From Octopus vulgaris (taxonomy: Eukaryota), in assembly GCA_951406725.2 (NCBI GenBank), contig OX597827.1, positions 33,976,001-34,040,000 of the forward strand: DNA of 64,000 nt. The letters run 5' to 3'. Positions 22,391-36,480 of the stretch are shown here, in pieces. Position 1 is the first letter of the stretch. Every line of letters starts with the position of its first letter. A model generated the notes under the pieces. That model did no database searches. It worked only from the letters and a program-made list of their open reading frames with translations, and was not told the origin of the DNA. The translations under genes and the position numbers were made by a program.

Positions 22391-23718
22391 ACGTTGGCCT
22401 TTATTTTACGCGCAAAATATACTCTCACGTGACTCTAACACACGGACGTAGCAGGAGACATTCAAAAGATTCTAAACTTACGTGTTCATTCTCTACAAAC
22501 ACTTGACAGAAAACATTCAGAACATTGGTTGTTTGGTGCTGTCACTAGACATGTTCAGTCAACCGACGCCAAATATTGTTACTTGATACTAAAACACGGA
22601 CGTAATGGGGAAATCTACAAAAATTTCTAAGACCAGTCAAGTGGCTATCCTCAACCAATCAAGTCATGAACTCCCTATAAAAATAGGGCAAGCTTCAAAC
22701 ATTAGTCAGAAGCAAGGCAGCTGTGACATAAGCCATTTATTTCTATTTAAACTTTTTGAAAATCAGTGTAAACTGTGAAACTGGTTAAATCTTTAAATAT
22801 TATAATACAAAAATATTTCAATTAATCTCAGTGCATTTTCAACTTCTATTTTTCCCATATTTCTACTCGTGTCCAATAAATTTATTTTGTTTTTTGTCTG
22901 TCTGTTTCTCTCTCTCTCTGTCTCTCTCTGTATATGTAGACACACATACACTCATATATATGAGTGTATGTGTAATGCATATATGTATGTATGTATACAT
23001 ATATATATATATAAAAGTAAATAAATGGTACAACGAGGCACCGATATTTACTGGAAAGTAGCAATCGTAATAAATACGACGCTATTGTATAGCTTCACTG
23101 CGTATATACTAGCAAAGACGCGTGTGTGCAAAACAAACATGAAAAAAAATTGTCTTACCTCTAGGAAGAACATCTGATAAATGGAAAACCTAGAATCGGA
23201 TAATGCAGGACCGGTTTCTGACTCTTCAAATACGTTTGACAACGTAGATTTGATTAGACTTAATCAGCTGCATTTACCTAGACAAAATTTCAAATGTTGC
23301 CACATCTATGCCAGTACACTCGTCTGAACGCCAAAACGTTAACAGAACGATAACAGTGAAGAAGTTTCAATGAAAATAATAATGCAATTCGAATGTATTA
23401 CTTTCCAGTAAAAGATAGCCTGTAAGGGTAAATTATACATATAAAAGTAAATAAATGGTACAACTAGGCGCCGATATTTACTGGAAAATATACCTGTCAT
23501 AATTCCAAACAGGAATTCTCCGCATGAGAAGGAGACGTAATTTCAAAAACCAAGAATTTTTCGAAGTTCAAGTGTAATTAAAAAGACAAGCGTATAACCT
23601 TAAGATAATCGGTCGTTCGTAACTATGTGTTTCTGCATAAATAGGCGTGATATTATATATATATATATATGTATGTGCGTGTTTGTGTGTGTGCATGTGT
23701 GTGTGCATGTGTGTGTGT

Positions 23719-23757
<39 letters not shown>

Positions 23758-23892
23758 AGTGAGTGTGTTATGTGTTGCACTTTTCCCTTTGCTACTGGTG
23801 ACAAGGTTGGATAGCGGTCATAATGATCACGTCTATTTATGCAGAAACACATGGTTACGAACGAAGATTGGTATTATTATGGTACTATAAAA

Positions 23893-24105
23893 GGCGGCGA
23901 GCTGGCAGAATCGTTAATACGTCGGGCAAAATGCTTTGGGGAACTTCGCCTGTCTTTATGTTCTGAATTCAAATCTGCTGAGGTCGACTTTGCCTTTCAT
24001 TGCTTTCGGGGTCAATAAAATAAGTACCAGTTGAACAACGGAGTCGATGTGATCGACTTAGCCCCACCCTCGGACTTTCTGGCCTTGTGCCAAAATTTGA
24101 AACCT
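23893..24105 (+). mobile_element. tRNA-derived SINE, family 1 monomer
   Basis: GGCGGCGAGCTGGCAGAATCGTTA head and conserved body. Confidence 0.88.
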
Positions 24106-24603
24106 TTATTATGATGCAATATATAATGAATACCTGCTGGAATTTTAATATCAGACTTTCAATTGAGCAGTAGGGTAATAAATGACATGGTCTTCATAAT
24201 TTTTGCATATAAAGTTGTTCGATTTTACATTTTATGAATTAATTTTATTCCTAATAATGTTAATAATCTCGAAAATGCTATTGATTTTTGGTGGTGTTTA
24301 TGAAAATCCAGTACCTTATAAATATAACATATTGGTGAAAACAGTTGCGTATCTTCATTGAAAGTAAATGATACTAAATATGGTTTGACGTGATCATCAA
24401 CTCAAATATTAGATTAACTTCGAAATAAGGGCTCCTGCATCTTTGACCTCGTACAGTCCCTATTGACTGACTTTTCTAAACTTGAAATAAAGTTATTTTA
24501 TAGGTCCTGACAAATTAAACTGCTGCATTAATTCAAAATGAATAGTTCCCGGGAAACATACTGCAAGGGAGTAAAATAAAATGTGTTTATATATACGTTT
24601 ATG

Positions 24604-24716
<113 letters not shown>

Positions 24717-25518
24717 GTGTATGTGTGTGTGTGTGTGTGTATATATATACATATATTTAATAATAGTATGACAACAAAAGAATGAATGAGACCTCGATAT
24801 TATGTAAAATAGAGGAATTTATCTATAAATGTAATATGTGACAATTGGTTGTCATAATAAAACTCAGAGTTTCGGATGCCGGGGCTGAAGTCTGCTCCGG
24901 CATCTCATATTGGTGCTGACTAATGCCCTCAGTCACTTTAGTGACGTATGTATATATGTGTGTACGTGTGTGTGTATGTATCGTGTATGTATGCATGTAT
25001 GTATGCATATATATATATATATTTATATACACATATGTATATACATATATTTATGTATGTATTTATATATATATATATACATACATACATACATACATAC
25101 ATACATGTCTATAGATCGTTGAGATGGTGCGTTGGCTGAACTGTTAATGCATATACGCATGTTTGTGCATCTATTCATATAAGCATTTCAGATGGACACT
25201 TTTCGAAATGTCTTACAAATCTTCACTGTGTCACTAATTGATTGTGTTCGGAGAATCCGTATCAGTTTCTAGGCTTTTATGAGAATTTGTAGGTACATAA
25301 CCTAATGCACGTATGACGAAAGGTACAAATGAGAATAAATAATCCGGGTACAAGAGTTGTAAGTTCCACGTTAATTCACCATAAATCTTCTCTTTTTCCT
25401 GGACTTCGTATGTATGTATGTATGTATGTATGTATGTATGTATGTATGTATGTATGTATGTATGTATGTAGGTATGTATGTATGCATGTATTTATGTATG
25501 TATGTACGTCAGTTTGAA

Positions 25519-25850
25519 GGCGCAAGCTCGGTAGTTAGAGCGTCGAGCTTACGATCGTGTGGTTGTGAGTTCGAATCCCAGACCGGGCTGCGTGTTGTGT
25601 TCTTGAGCAAGACACTTTATTTCACGTTGCTTCAGTTCACTCAGCTGTAGAAATGAGTTGCGACGTCACAGGTGCCAAGCTGTATCTGCTGTTGCCTTTC
25701 CTTTGGATAACACTGGTGGCGTAGAGAGGGAAGGCCGGTATGCATGGGAGACTGCTGGTCTTCCATAAACAACCTTGCCCGGACTTGTGCCTAGGAGGGT
25801 AACTTTCTAGGTGCAATCCCACGGTCAGTCATGACCGAAAGGTGTCTCAG
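25519..25850 (+). mobile_element. tRNA-derived SINE, family 3
   Basis: A-box-like GGTAGTTAGAG, B-box GAGTTCGAATCCC, then GTGTTCTTGAGCAAGACACTTTA. Related copies at 56355-56625 (+) and 62185-62500 (-). Confidence 0.85.
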
Positions 25851-26217
25851 CATCTACGTATGTGAGTTATGTGGATGTATGTGATTTATTTGGATGTACT
25901 TGGTATTACTATGCATTAAACAAGAGGAAACGTACAAGATTTGCTGAGTAAAGAATTATTATGGCAATTGTAGGGTACAATATTTTACAGTGACCAGTGG
26001 CTTTAATCCTCGGACTAGGAAAAAGTTTTGATAAAAGCATGTTCTATTCTTGGTTGATTGATCACCTGCAGATGATTTGGTGGCGTGCATAAAATAGTTG
26101 ATGTGGTGGTGGTGGTGGTGGTGGTGGTGGAGTTGTTTTTTAATGATAGTTCTTGGTTTTTATCTGTGAATGTATGGTTGTGTAAGTAGATACTCTCACG
26201 TGATGAAGCAGTAGTAG

Positions 26218-26255
<38 letters not shown>

Positions 26256-26467
26256 GTAGTAGTAGTAGTAGTAGTAGCTACAACAGAAAACAGAATTAAA
26301 TGATATAACATAAGAATCATTCGTTTCAAGCGGCGTTATAAATTAACGCGTGAGATTATCTTTACTCTGAAAGAGTATCTTGGTTTGGAGGCTATTGTTT
26401 AGAGAAGTGAAGCAAACATATATTTATTAAGAGAGTGTTTATGTATGGAGAGAGGGAAGGGAGGGAA

Positions 26468-26503
<36 letters not shown>

Positions 26504-26674
26504 GGGAGGGGGATAAAGAGAGAAAGAAAGAGACAGAGAGAGTGCGGACATAGCTTGTTTCAAATGTACACTTTAGAAATCTAAGAACACACGCACGTAG
26601 ATATATACATTATTCATTAGTTTACTGCTTACACGTGTGTGTGTGTGTATATTATATATATATAACTATATATA

Positions 26675-28626
26675 TCTCTTATTATAAAAGGCAGATTTTA
26701 TCTGCCTCCCTTTGTCTCTTATAGAAATCTACAATATAGGATTTCTTCAATTACAATTTACCTAGCATTTTTAAGAGTAGAATAAATCGGGTCGTGCCAG
26801 GTTCAGTTTTTAAAATTTCAACCCCAATTAAGCAAAATTTAGAGAAAACTCACATTGTGGTGTGTAAGTCAAGGGCTTTTCTTAGTGTGGGCTACAGCAC
26901 ACGCACACGCACACACACAAAAACGGAGCGATCTGCTTCACTGATGCTATCACCCTAATTTCTCCTCCTTTCTCTTTGCAAACGTGCAACGATTAAAATG
27001 AAAGTATTTATATAAAACGAGAGAAGTGTACCTTAAACCACTACTCCAAAAAAAACAACACAGCAAACAGAAACAAATAAATACATAACGATTTACTAAA
27101 AACACAATATCTTCAATTAGAGTTTACCTAAGATTTTTCAAAGTACTTCCATTCGGTCATGGCATACAAAATTTCTTTCAATTTCACCCCCATTTCAGAA
27201 AAAATTCGAGAAAACTCAATGTTTTACCATTTCACTCTGCATATTACTCCCACTTCCTCTTTACACACATAGACACGCAAATATATAAATAAAATTGTAA
27301 GCTAACGTGTGTGTGTGTGTGTGTGTGTGTGCGTGTGTGAGTGTGTGGGTGTGTGTGTTCGTGTGTGTGTGTGTGAGGGTGCGTGTGTGTCTGTGTGTGT
27401 GCGTGCGTGTGTGTGAGTGTGTGACAGGGATGAGCAAGTCAAACTGGTCATCCTTTTTGCTAGATCACCTAACATCTAAAGTTATCTCTAAGTAGCAGTC
27501 GCCCAAAAGTGTATATAGACACACACATGTATGTATAATGTGTGTGTATATATTTCCATAGAGGTAACCATTCACTCCATACAAAGTTATTTAGGACGAA
27601 TTGGACGAATATAAGATCTAAAGTATATCCAAGTAGCAGAAAGATCGCCCAAAAGTGTATATAGATATTTAAATGTATTTATATATTCATCTATACACAC
27701 ATGTATGTATAATGTGTGTGTATATATTTCCATAGAGGTAACCATTCACTCCGCACAAAGTTTTTTAAAACGGACGAAAATCTTTATATATAAAAGAAAG
27801 GTTGTGTGTCTGTCTACTCCGATTTGGATTCCTAACTACTCCCACATTTTGCGATGCAGTTTAACCAAAACCGAGTATCTTATAGTCGTGATTCATATCG
27901 AGCCCTTCTGGGTATTAGCGCGCGTCTACGATGAGTCTACGATTTTACAAATAATTTACCATCATTTTCTCCCATTTTAATGCATATTTTTTTAAATAAA
28001 GGAAGTAACTCTCAAACTTCACACCAATATGCGTGCTCATATGCGACGTAATATCACATCAGCAGCATTTCCTCACACCATCCTTGCACTTGGCGAAGGC
28101 AAAATACCAGGGGATGAAAATGGTAATATTGCCATCGATTCCATTTGTACCATTGTTAAGACGCCTTCTGATCTCAGAGATGCAGTGTTCCAAGATCTAC
28201 AAGCTAATTATCAGAATATGGATTGGATTGGCCAAAAGGCTATACTGGCCCCGAGGAATAAAACTGTTCACCATATTAATGATGAAATGCTAAAACTCAT
28301 TCCTGGGGAAGTCTATGTATATCAGTTTATCGATACAACTCCTGACCCAGAGGACGTCATCAACTATCCAATAGAGGTACTCAATTCCTTTGAGCACCCC
28401 GGACTAACACCAGACATTCTCAAACTTAAAGTTGGTGCCCCTATAATGCTCATCAGAAATTTGGTTCCCCCAAAACAATGCAATGGCACACGTTTGATCG
28501 TTAAGTCCTTATCTCCCACCGTAAACTTATATCAATATTTGCCTGAATAATCATCATAATTCAGTGCAATCATTAACAGTACTTTCAAGCAATTCAGCCC
28601 CGAGCAACGCCGGGCAATTCTGCTAG
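26675..28626 (+). mobile_element. Composite Helitron with Pif1 helicase fragment
   Basis: 5' A|TC ends at 26675 and 27781. 28029-28520 reads AILAPRNK..LKLKVGAPIMLIRNL..CNGTRLIV. 3' CCCCGAGCAACGCCGGG hairpin + CTAG|T. Confidence 0.88.
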
Positions 28627-29000
28627 TATATATATAAATGCAAATTGTATGTAGATATTAAGTAGTTCATGCGCATGAATAATTGAAAATAACAATTTTA
28701 GGTTGAGGAATACATTTCGATGCATATATTTATATATATTTATTTGATAATTTATATAATGCATATGTGTGATTATGCAAATACGTGTGAGTGTGTGTAT
28801 GTGTGTGAGTGTGTGTGTGTGTGTGTATGTGCATGTGAATATACATATACATTCATATAGGTGTCTGTATAAATGCGTGTATCCATATATTTATTTATGT
28901 GTGGTTGTGTTTTTGTACCAATCGGCGATTTTCTATGTATATGTACGCATGTGTTTTTTAGACCCCCAAAATGTACTTTTGTTTCGAACATGAACCCTTT

Positions 29001-29050
<50 letters not shown>

Positions 29051-30342
29051 AAATACACACGCACACCCTACTAAAGAACTGTCAACTATTCAACCCAAGG
29101 CATCTCTAGCAAAATAAAACAAACAAATAAATAGGTTAATGTGACAATTAATGGCACCAATTTGAAAGAGAAATACTTGTGATAGTCCTGTTTCTCGACT
29201 AATTACTATTCTAAAAACAAACTGACTTTCATGTTCAAAAATTATATGTGTCGTCTTAACGTAGATGTATGTAGTCAGTAGTGAGTAATGTATGTATAAT
29301 ATATATACATTCATATACACACATACATACATATACAACCACAAACACACACACACACACAGATATAGGTGCGTAAGGTATTTGAGGAATATCTTTTTGA
29401 TGTCATTGCTGTATTTTTTGCTAACTCTTTGTTTCAGAAAATAATAATGCCAGACCCTCAGCTTACTCAAGAAATGAAGATCCTTGCTGTTATTGTGGTT
29501 ATAAAGTCTGAGCATAATGATTTAGAAATATCTCAAGTTTTAAAAGTTTCCTGATCTTTCAACTACAAAGTTTGAAAGAAGTAGGAGACTGAAGATGGAA
29601 ACGTCTCACCAGTATCAAAGCATAAAAAGTATTTTAAACGCTCTGAAATCATTAGAACATCTGAATTTATCCAGCAAGTTCAACAGACCATTGATTACAA
29701 TCTCAGAAAAACCATAAGGTCAATTGCAAAAGATCTCCATGCGTCAGAAGGAACAGTCAGAAATGTTGTGTACGAAGATATCAGATATAAGTCTTATATG
29801 ATGAGGAAAGGTCAATTTGTCCGAAAGAGAAAAAGAAAATTACATCAGATCCAAAAGGCTCTTAAACAAACAGAAAAATCCAGGAGAAGAAGATTTGATT
29901 TTTTTTTTCAAACGAGAAAAACTTCGACAAAGATCAAAAAGTTAACAGAAGAAATGACAGATGGTTAAGTGAAGACCCTTCTGAAGTTCCAAGTGTTATG
30001 CATACAAAGTTTCCTGTTACTGTTATTAAGAGTTGTCAGCAATGAAGGACATATGATACCTCCTTACTTCTCTCCATAAGGCTTTAGAGTTAACTCTGCC
30101 GACTACATTGAGGTCCTGCAAGCAATTGTTAAGCCCTAGATAGACAGTGTATGCAATAGAAGGCCACATGTGTTTCAGTAAGACCCTGCTCTATCACACA
30201 CGACTCTAGTACAGTGGTTCCTAAACCGTGCGCCGCGGCGCACTGGTACGCTGCAAGATGTTATTAGGTGCAAATCGAATAAGTAAGATTATATTTCAAA
30301 ATATGAAATATATAAACCGAAATTCACTAGAAAGTTTATATA

Positions 30343-31575
30343 TCAGGTCATCCCATAAGTTCTGTCCGATTTTACCTTTTCTAAAATTGAATGAAATTTA
30401 ATCGTATTTTAGACTGTCTAATGGAATTAAAAATGCATTTGTGTACATTTAAACTAATTAAATGTTATTTTACAGAATAGTAGGAATAAAATTTCTAACC
30501 TGGAAGTATCCAAAGAGCATTTAAGGCACATAATGCTTTATGAGTACAAAAAAGGAATCTCTGCAGCCGAAGCGACTCGAAACATACACTCAGTTTATGG
30601 GAAAGAATGCTGGAATGAAAGAACTTGCAGAAGATGGTTTGCAAAATTCAGAAGTGGAGATTTTAGACTTGAAGATGAAGATCGAGCAGGACGTCCATTT
30701 GAGTTTGATGATAAGCTCTTTGAGGCATTACTGGAAGAAAATCCTGCATTATCAGTTGAAGAATTGGCAATAAAGCTTAGTTCAAACCATACAACTGTTC
30801 ATCGTCATCTTCAACAACTTGGAATGGTTTCTAAACTTGGAAAATAGGTGCCTCATGAATTGTCCGAATCCAACCGCAAATCCCGGGTTGTCATCTGCTC
30901 TTCTCCCCATTCTCGCGAACTCATTTCACCCTTTTTCGATAGACTTGTGACTGGTAATGAAAAATGGATCTTCTATCGAAATGTTAAACGTCGTAAACAG
31001 TGGCTTGGTAAAAGGGAAAAAGCTCAACCACAACAACCATGGGGAAAAGATTCTTCTCTCTATCTGGTGGGATTGCAAAGGAGTAATTCACTTTGAATTG
31101 TTACCACCTAATGAAACAATCAATGCTCAAGTCTACTATCAGCAATTAGCTTTGAAGAAAAAAAGACCTGCTTTAGTGAATCGAAAAGGAGTGATGCTTC
31201 ATCAGGACAATGTGTGACCCCACACTGCAAAGATCACATCACAGAAAATCGAAGAGCTTGGTTGGGAAAAATTCCTCATCCACTTATTCTCCCGACCTTG
31301 CTCCTTCAGACTATCATTTGTTTCGTAGTTTACCGAATCATTTGGGGGACATAACTTTGGCAAGCCAGGAGGAGGTCGAAACTGACATTTCAGAGTTCTT
31401 CGCTTTGAAATCAAAAGAGTTTTACAGTGATGGGATTAAAAAGCTTGTAAAAAGATGGAAGGAAGTCATAGATAATCAGGGAAAGTACATTGATGATTAA
31501 ATTTCAATTAAATATAACATTTGATCACTTGTTTTCTTTATTGGAAATTCGGACAGAACTTATGGGATGACCTGA
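30343..31575 (+). mobile_element. Full-length defective mariner (Mos1-like DD34D)
   Basis: Perfect 27-bp TIR TCAGGTCATCCCATAAGTTCTGTCCGA with TA TSD. VTGNEKWI, HQDN and YSPDLAPSDYHLF motifs, with stops and frameshifts. Confidence 0.95.
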
Positions 31576-31948
31576 TATAAATGTTAACGTGGCAAAAAAA
31601 CTAAATACTATGTCTAAACTAAGAATGAGAGGTGGTTGTGTCATTCAATTCATTTAGGCTAATTATGGTATGACAGTGTTATTCGATTTTGAATGTGAAA
31701 TTTCATAAGGATAAGAAGTAAATTAGCATCAATCTATCCTCGAAATTGACGTCTTATGGACATATTCAGTACATGACTGTTTCAGTTTATTTTGGTCGTA
31801 GCCTCAGCAGTTTTTATTTCAATAATAAGTGTGGAAAATAAACCATTGAACTCAAATATACGATGTTGAACTAAATCTTTTAATACGTCATCGCGTATTG
31901 CGGCTATATTTCAATTTTTTTTCATTCATGTAGTGAAAAGAATTTTCA

Positions 31949-32956
31949 TCAATATCTATAAAGCTGAAATGCGAAGAAGTTCTTTGATTTCTTGGTTGTT
32001 TGTCTCATTTTGGGATGGGAACGTTTTAAGGGGGTCGGATTAACGCCAAAATTTACAGGGACATGTAAAGAGAGGCGAGGAAGCGACTGGACTAGGTTAG
32101 AAACTCCTATCTCAAAAGCTGTGGTTACTAGGGCAACAAAACCCAGACTTTGACAAGTGTTTGTCGTTTCCCTCTTTTGGATATCACCCTGTCTTCCTCG
32201 ATCTCTCTCTTTCCTTCCTTCTCTCCACTTCCTCTCTATAACGACGTTTGACACCTTCCACTCGCATTCCCTCTCCGCCTTCACCGTCTCTCTGTCACTC
32301 TTTCTTCCACCACCTATCTCACTGTACGTCTGTCTGTATCTATAGAGAGAAAGCGTTGACATCCGAAAAAGTTTAAATATTCCCGCCACAGGTCTTTTAG
32401 AACGGTGAATTATTATCGCCCCCCACCCCGCACAATCATAACAGATATTATTAATCAAATATATTGTGTTAATTTATATATATGTGCATATAAATCAATA
32501 TCTATAAAGCTGAAATGCAAAAACGTTGTTTGATTTCTTGGTTATTTGTCTCATTTTGGGATGGGAACGGTTTAAGGGGCGGCAGATGAGGTCGGATTGG
32601 CGCCAAAATTTACACTGGGGGTAAAATGGGGTGGGCAATGGTGTGAGGAAGGTTGCAAGTCGCTCGGGGCTACCGTTTGATTGCCATGGTGAGGAATATG
32701 GGAAAAATTGAGTTTTATGGGATAGACAGGTTGCGCTGTTTAAATAATGGTAGCTTTTCGTGTTGCTGCAGGGGCTAGAGGCGGTTATCTTTAATTGTGG
32801 GTGTAAAAATTTGGGGGATTTTGGAAAAAGGGTAAAGAAGAGGGCAATAAAAAGAACCAGGCAAAGAAGACGAACAAAAGAAGAAAGGGAAAAGGAGACA
32901 ACACGCACAAAACACCACCACCAAAACCCGAGCGAAGCACGGATCAAAATAGCTAG
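31949..32956 (+). mobile_element. Non-autonomous Helitron with duplicated 5' end
   Basis: A|TCAATATCTATAAAGCTGAAATG at 31949 and 32495. 3' CCGAGCGAAGCACGG hairpin + CTAG|T. Confidence 0.8.
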
Positions 32957-35619
32957 TCTTTCCAATTAATTTTGAAAGACTTCTCAAAAGAATCAGATAA
33001 TATGTGACACGCTGCCACTTTTCGCAGCTCAATGGTCATTTGTTTCAGTTTTAATTTGACTCTGTTAATAATCTGTGCTTTTTGTGCGAGACAATTCATA
33101 TTAAATCCATATTAAAATGGAAAAGTTTATTAAGAGGAAACATAACCGTGACGATTATGAATCTGAAAGTGAACGTTCATCAAAAGCATTTAAGCATAGT
33201 GATAATAATGCGAAAGCTCGACCCAATCGTAAATATTGCAATAGTTAATTAAAGTTTGGGTTTCATTGGACTGACAACGAGGATCAACTAAACACTCACA
33301 TCTTCAATGTATTATTTCTAAAGACTGTTAAAGGATGAATGCTTCTGAAAAGGCTCACGTCGCGTCTCTTGAGAAAGCTGAAATGATTGCACTACTTTAG
33401 CCAAGTCGATTATCTTACCCACTTGTAGAAAGATGATTAAAACCATGTTAGATGATGAAGCCGAGCAAGGAACAAGATTCCGCTCTCCATAGGAGAATTA
33501 TAGACTTATCTGCTGATATAGAGGAAAATGTACAGAACAAACTTCAGAACTCGGAGTGTGCTCTACAGGTTGATGAATAAACTGACATTAGCAACAAAGT
33601 ATAATTACTTACATTTATTCGCTTTATTGATGGTAACCGAATCATAAATTTGTTGCGAAGAAATGCCACTCACTATAAGAGGACAAAATAGTTTTGACAT
33701 TTTATCTGCTTACCTCGAAAAATGGAATTTATCCTGGAATTCTTGTATTGGAATATGTACCAACGGGGCACCATCTATGATAGGCTCTATTAAAGGTTTT
33801 GTATCGCTCATACAACAGCAAAATCCTAAAATTATACGTACTCATTGTTTCCTACGTAAGGAGGTACTAGTTTCAAAAACAATACTTGTTGAGTTAAAGC
33901 AAGTACTAAACCAAGTTGTTGAAATGGTTAATTATATTAAAAGTAGGCTGTTGAAGTGTTGTTTATTTGAACAAATTTGTGTAGATATGGATTCACAGCA
34001 CAAATACTTACTTTTACACACAAAAGTCAGATGACTCTCAAGAGGTAAGGTGCTATGTCTCATACATGAACTCCAGAAGAAATTGCATGCATTTTTAAAA
34101 AGAAGTAAAGTATGAACGCTTCTTGGAATATCTACAATGTGAATTTTTAGTTTCTAAGCTGGAATATTTAGCAGAGATATGTGTACAACTTAATAGCGTC
34201 AACACAATTATGTAAGAAAGAGATGAAAACATTCTCACTTCGACAGATAAGCTGGTTTCATTTAAAAAGAAAATTGTTATTTGGTAAAATGAAGCTGAAG
34301 GTGGTAACTTCGAAATGTTTCCCTTGATACGTAAAAGTTGCATAAAAGAAATGACTCCTATTGTATTTGAACATTCGACAAATCTGGAAGAAAGCATAAA
34401 CTTTTATTTTCCATCATTGAACACAGAAGAGTACGATTGGGTTCGAAATCCCCTCATAAAAATTCCATTTAATATTGGTCTGAAAGTATGTGAAGAAGAG
34501 GAATTGACATCTATATGCAGTGATGGCGGACTTAAAATCAAGTATGTTGAGTTACCTATAGATATATTTTGGAGAATACCTCTCAGTAGCAAAAACAACT
34601 TTATCCGTTTTGATGCAGTTTTCCTCATCGTGTTTATGTGAGTTGGAATTTTCAATCTTCAATAACATCAAATCCAAAAAAAAAAAAAAAGAAAAAAGAG
34701 AGAGGCTCCGTTGCATCGAAGAAGAAATGAGAGTTTATCTTTCTCAAGCACGCCCTAATATTGAAAACCTTTCCAAAAAACATCAAGCGCATGTTTCTCA
34801 TTGGTAACTTTGCTTCAAATAAAGTGTAACTTCGTGCACTTTTTCTGTATTTCTAATTACCTATATATTACTTTATACTTTATGCTTTCGTAATATGTAT
34901 AAAACCCCTTTTGAATAAATTTTAGAATTTATGTACAAAGTGCGCCAAAATATTTTGACTACTTGTAAGGTGCGCCGTGAGTAACAAAAGTTTGGAAACC
35001 ACTGCTCTAGTAACACAGGAATGGATGGCTGAAAATTTTCCCGATAACATAACCCCTAACATTTGGCGTCCTAATTCCCCAGATCTCAATCCATTGGACT
35101 ATTACATGTAGAACTTTGCTGAGAGAGAGGTCAATGAACATGCCCATAACACCAAAGACTCTTTGAAAGCCGCCATAGTCAGAGTAATGTCCAAAATGAA
35201 CCAGGGCCACTTGATTCAAGCATTTAGATTTCGTATAGAAGCGGTTATTAAAGCTGAAGGTGGCTTTATTAAGTAACATTATAGAAAAGGTTTATTTTTA
35301 TCCTCTTAGAATTTTTTGATCAATAAAGTTATTATCTGTTATTATATAAACATAAACCTGTCCTCAAATATCATACGCACCCTGTACACACACACACACA
35401 TACACACATACACGCACACACACACATATATATGTACATACATACATATATATATACTGACGCACGCACACACATACAAATACACACATATGCACACATA
35501 CATACATACATACATACATACATACATACACACATGTATCTGCTCATTTCTTCTAGCAACAATAATACTGAATCCCTGAGCTGGCATAAATTATTTAAGG
35601 ATCAAGCTCGTTCTCACTG

Positions 35620-36480
35620 TACGTGGAATGACCAATAAGTATCCAAAATGTTGCCATAGTATTGAAGCTAAGGCATGCAGAGTGAAGCTGCTTGGCACAG
35701 ATTAACCTTGAACAGCTGTGCATGCGCACTAAGTTTTAACATTCTAGCTCACTTCCGCTATTTACAGCAGTGCTTGGAAGGAAAGTGCGTAGCGTGTGAT
35801 CGTCGCATTGACCATGACAGAGAAAGTTGAGCAGAGAATTTGCACCAAATTTTGCTAAAAGTTTGGTGATACCTGCTCAGAGGCTTACACAAAAAGTTTT
35901 CAGCAATTTCGACAAAATCAAGGAGATCCTGTGCAACTGAAACCCGAATGTCTTTTTGGTCAGCTGAAGCAGTTTTGGTACAAACTTGGCAGACACGCGT
36001 CTCATACCCAAATCTTCAGTGATAATGGACTGAACTGAACCGTAAGTAATCTGCACATCCTCTGATAACTCACGGATGGTGATTCGACGATTTCCCCTCA
36101 CAGCTGCACGTACATCTGCGATGTTTTTCTCAGTTCTGCTGGTAATGTAACTCCCAGAACGTTCGTCACTACCGACATTTTTCGGCCATTTTGGAAACGT
36201 CTGAACCACTTGTACACTCGTGTGCAGCTCATACACTCCTCTCCATGCACTTTCTGCAACTTTGTATAGTCCTCTGTGCAGGTATCGCCATGACAACTTT
36301 CTCTGTTATGGTCAATGCGACGATCACATGCTATTTAAATAGCGAATGCGAGTTAGAGCGTTAAAACTTTGTGCGCATGCATAGCAGTGTTCAAGGTTCA
36401 TCTTTGTCAAGCGGTTTCACTCTCCGTACTTTAGCTTTGTTACTATGGCAACAGTCCGGATACTTATTGATCAGACCCAG
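35620..36480. mobile_element. Two mariner 5' ends in inverted orientation
   Basis: Left arm (+): TIR, 5'UTR, MTEKVEQRICTKFC. Right arm (-): same 5'UTR, then ..ITIRELSEDV..LGMRRVSAKFVPKLL. Confidence 0.8.

Larger units (their letters stand above)
30212..35004 (+). mobile_element. hAT transposon, Buster/Charlie type (ZBED5/SCAND3-like transposase, decayed)
   Basis: TIRs CAGTGGTTCCTAAAC and GTTTGGAAACCACTG. 8-bp TSD CTCTAGTA at 30204-30211 and 35005-35012. Motifs CTNGAPSMIG, THCFLRKEVL, LLLHTKVR and DWVRNP. Confidence 0.93.
29366..35384 (+). mobile_element. maT/DD37D-like Tc1-mariner element split by a hAT insertion
   Basis: TIR-like ends GGTGCGTA.G.TATTTGAGGA and TCCTCAAATATCATACGCACC. Transposase ..NRRNDRWL..FQ.DPALSHT| continues after the hAT as |TQEWMAENF..WRPNSPDLNPLDYY. 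Confidence 0.85.

Noticed and set aside
23010-23490. ~48-bp direct repeat at ~23010 and ~23440 as a CRISPR-like array or LTR pair
   Set aside because: Only two copies, in eukaryotic DNA, with no TG..CA ends or internal genes. Probably a TE sub-repeat.
25519-25590. tRNA gene
   Set aside because: The A/B boxes run into a SINE body and there is no complete cloverleaf.
28029-28550. Host PIF1 helicase gene
   Set aside because: An intronless fragment between Helitron TC and CTAG termini.
33056-34807. Domesticated ZBED/SCAND3-like gene
   Set aside because: Many stops and frameshifts, and it lies between hAT TIRs with a TSD.
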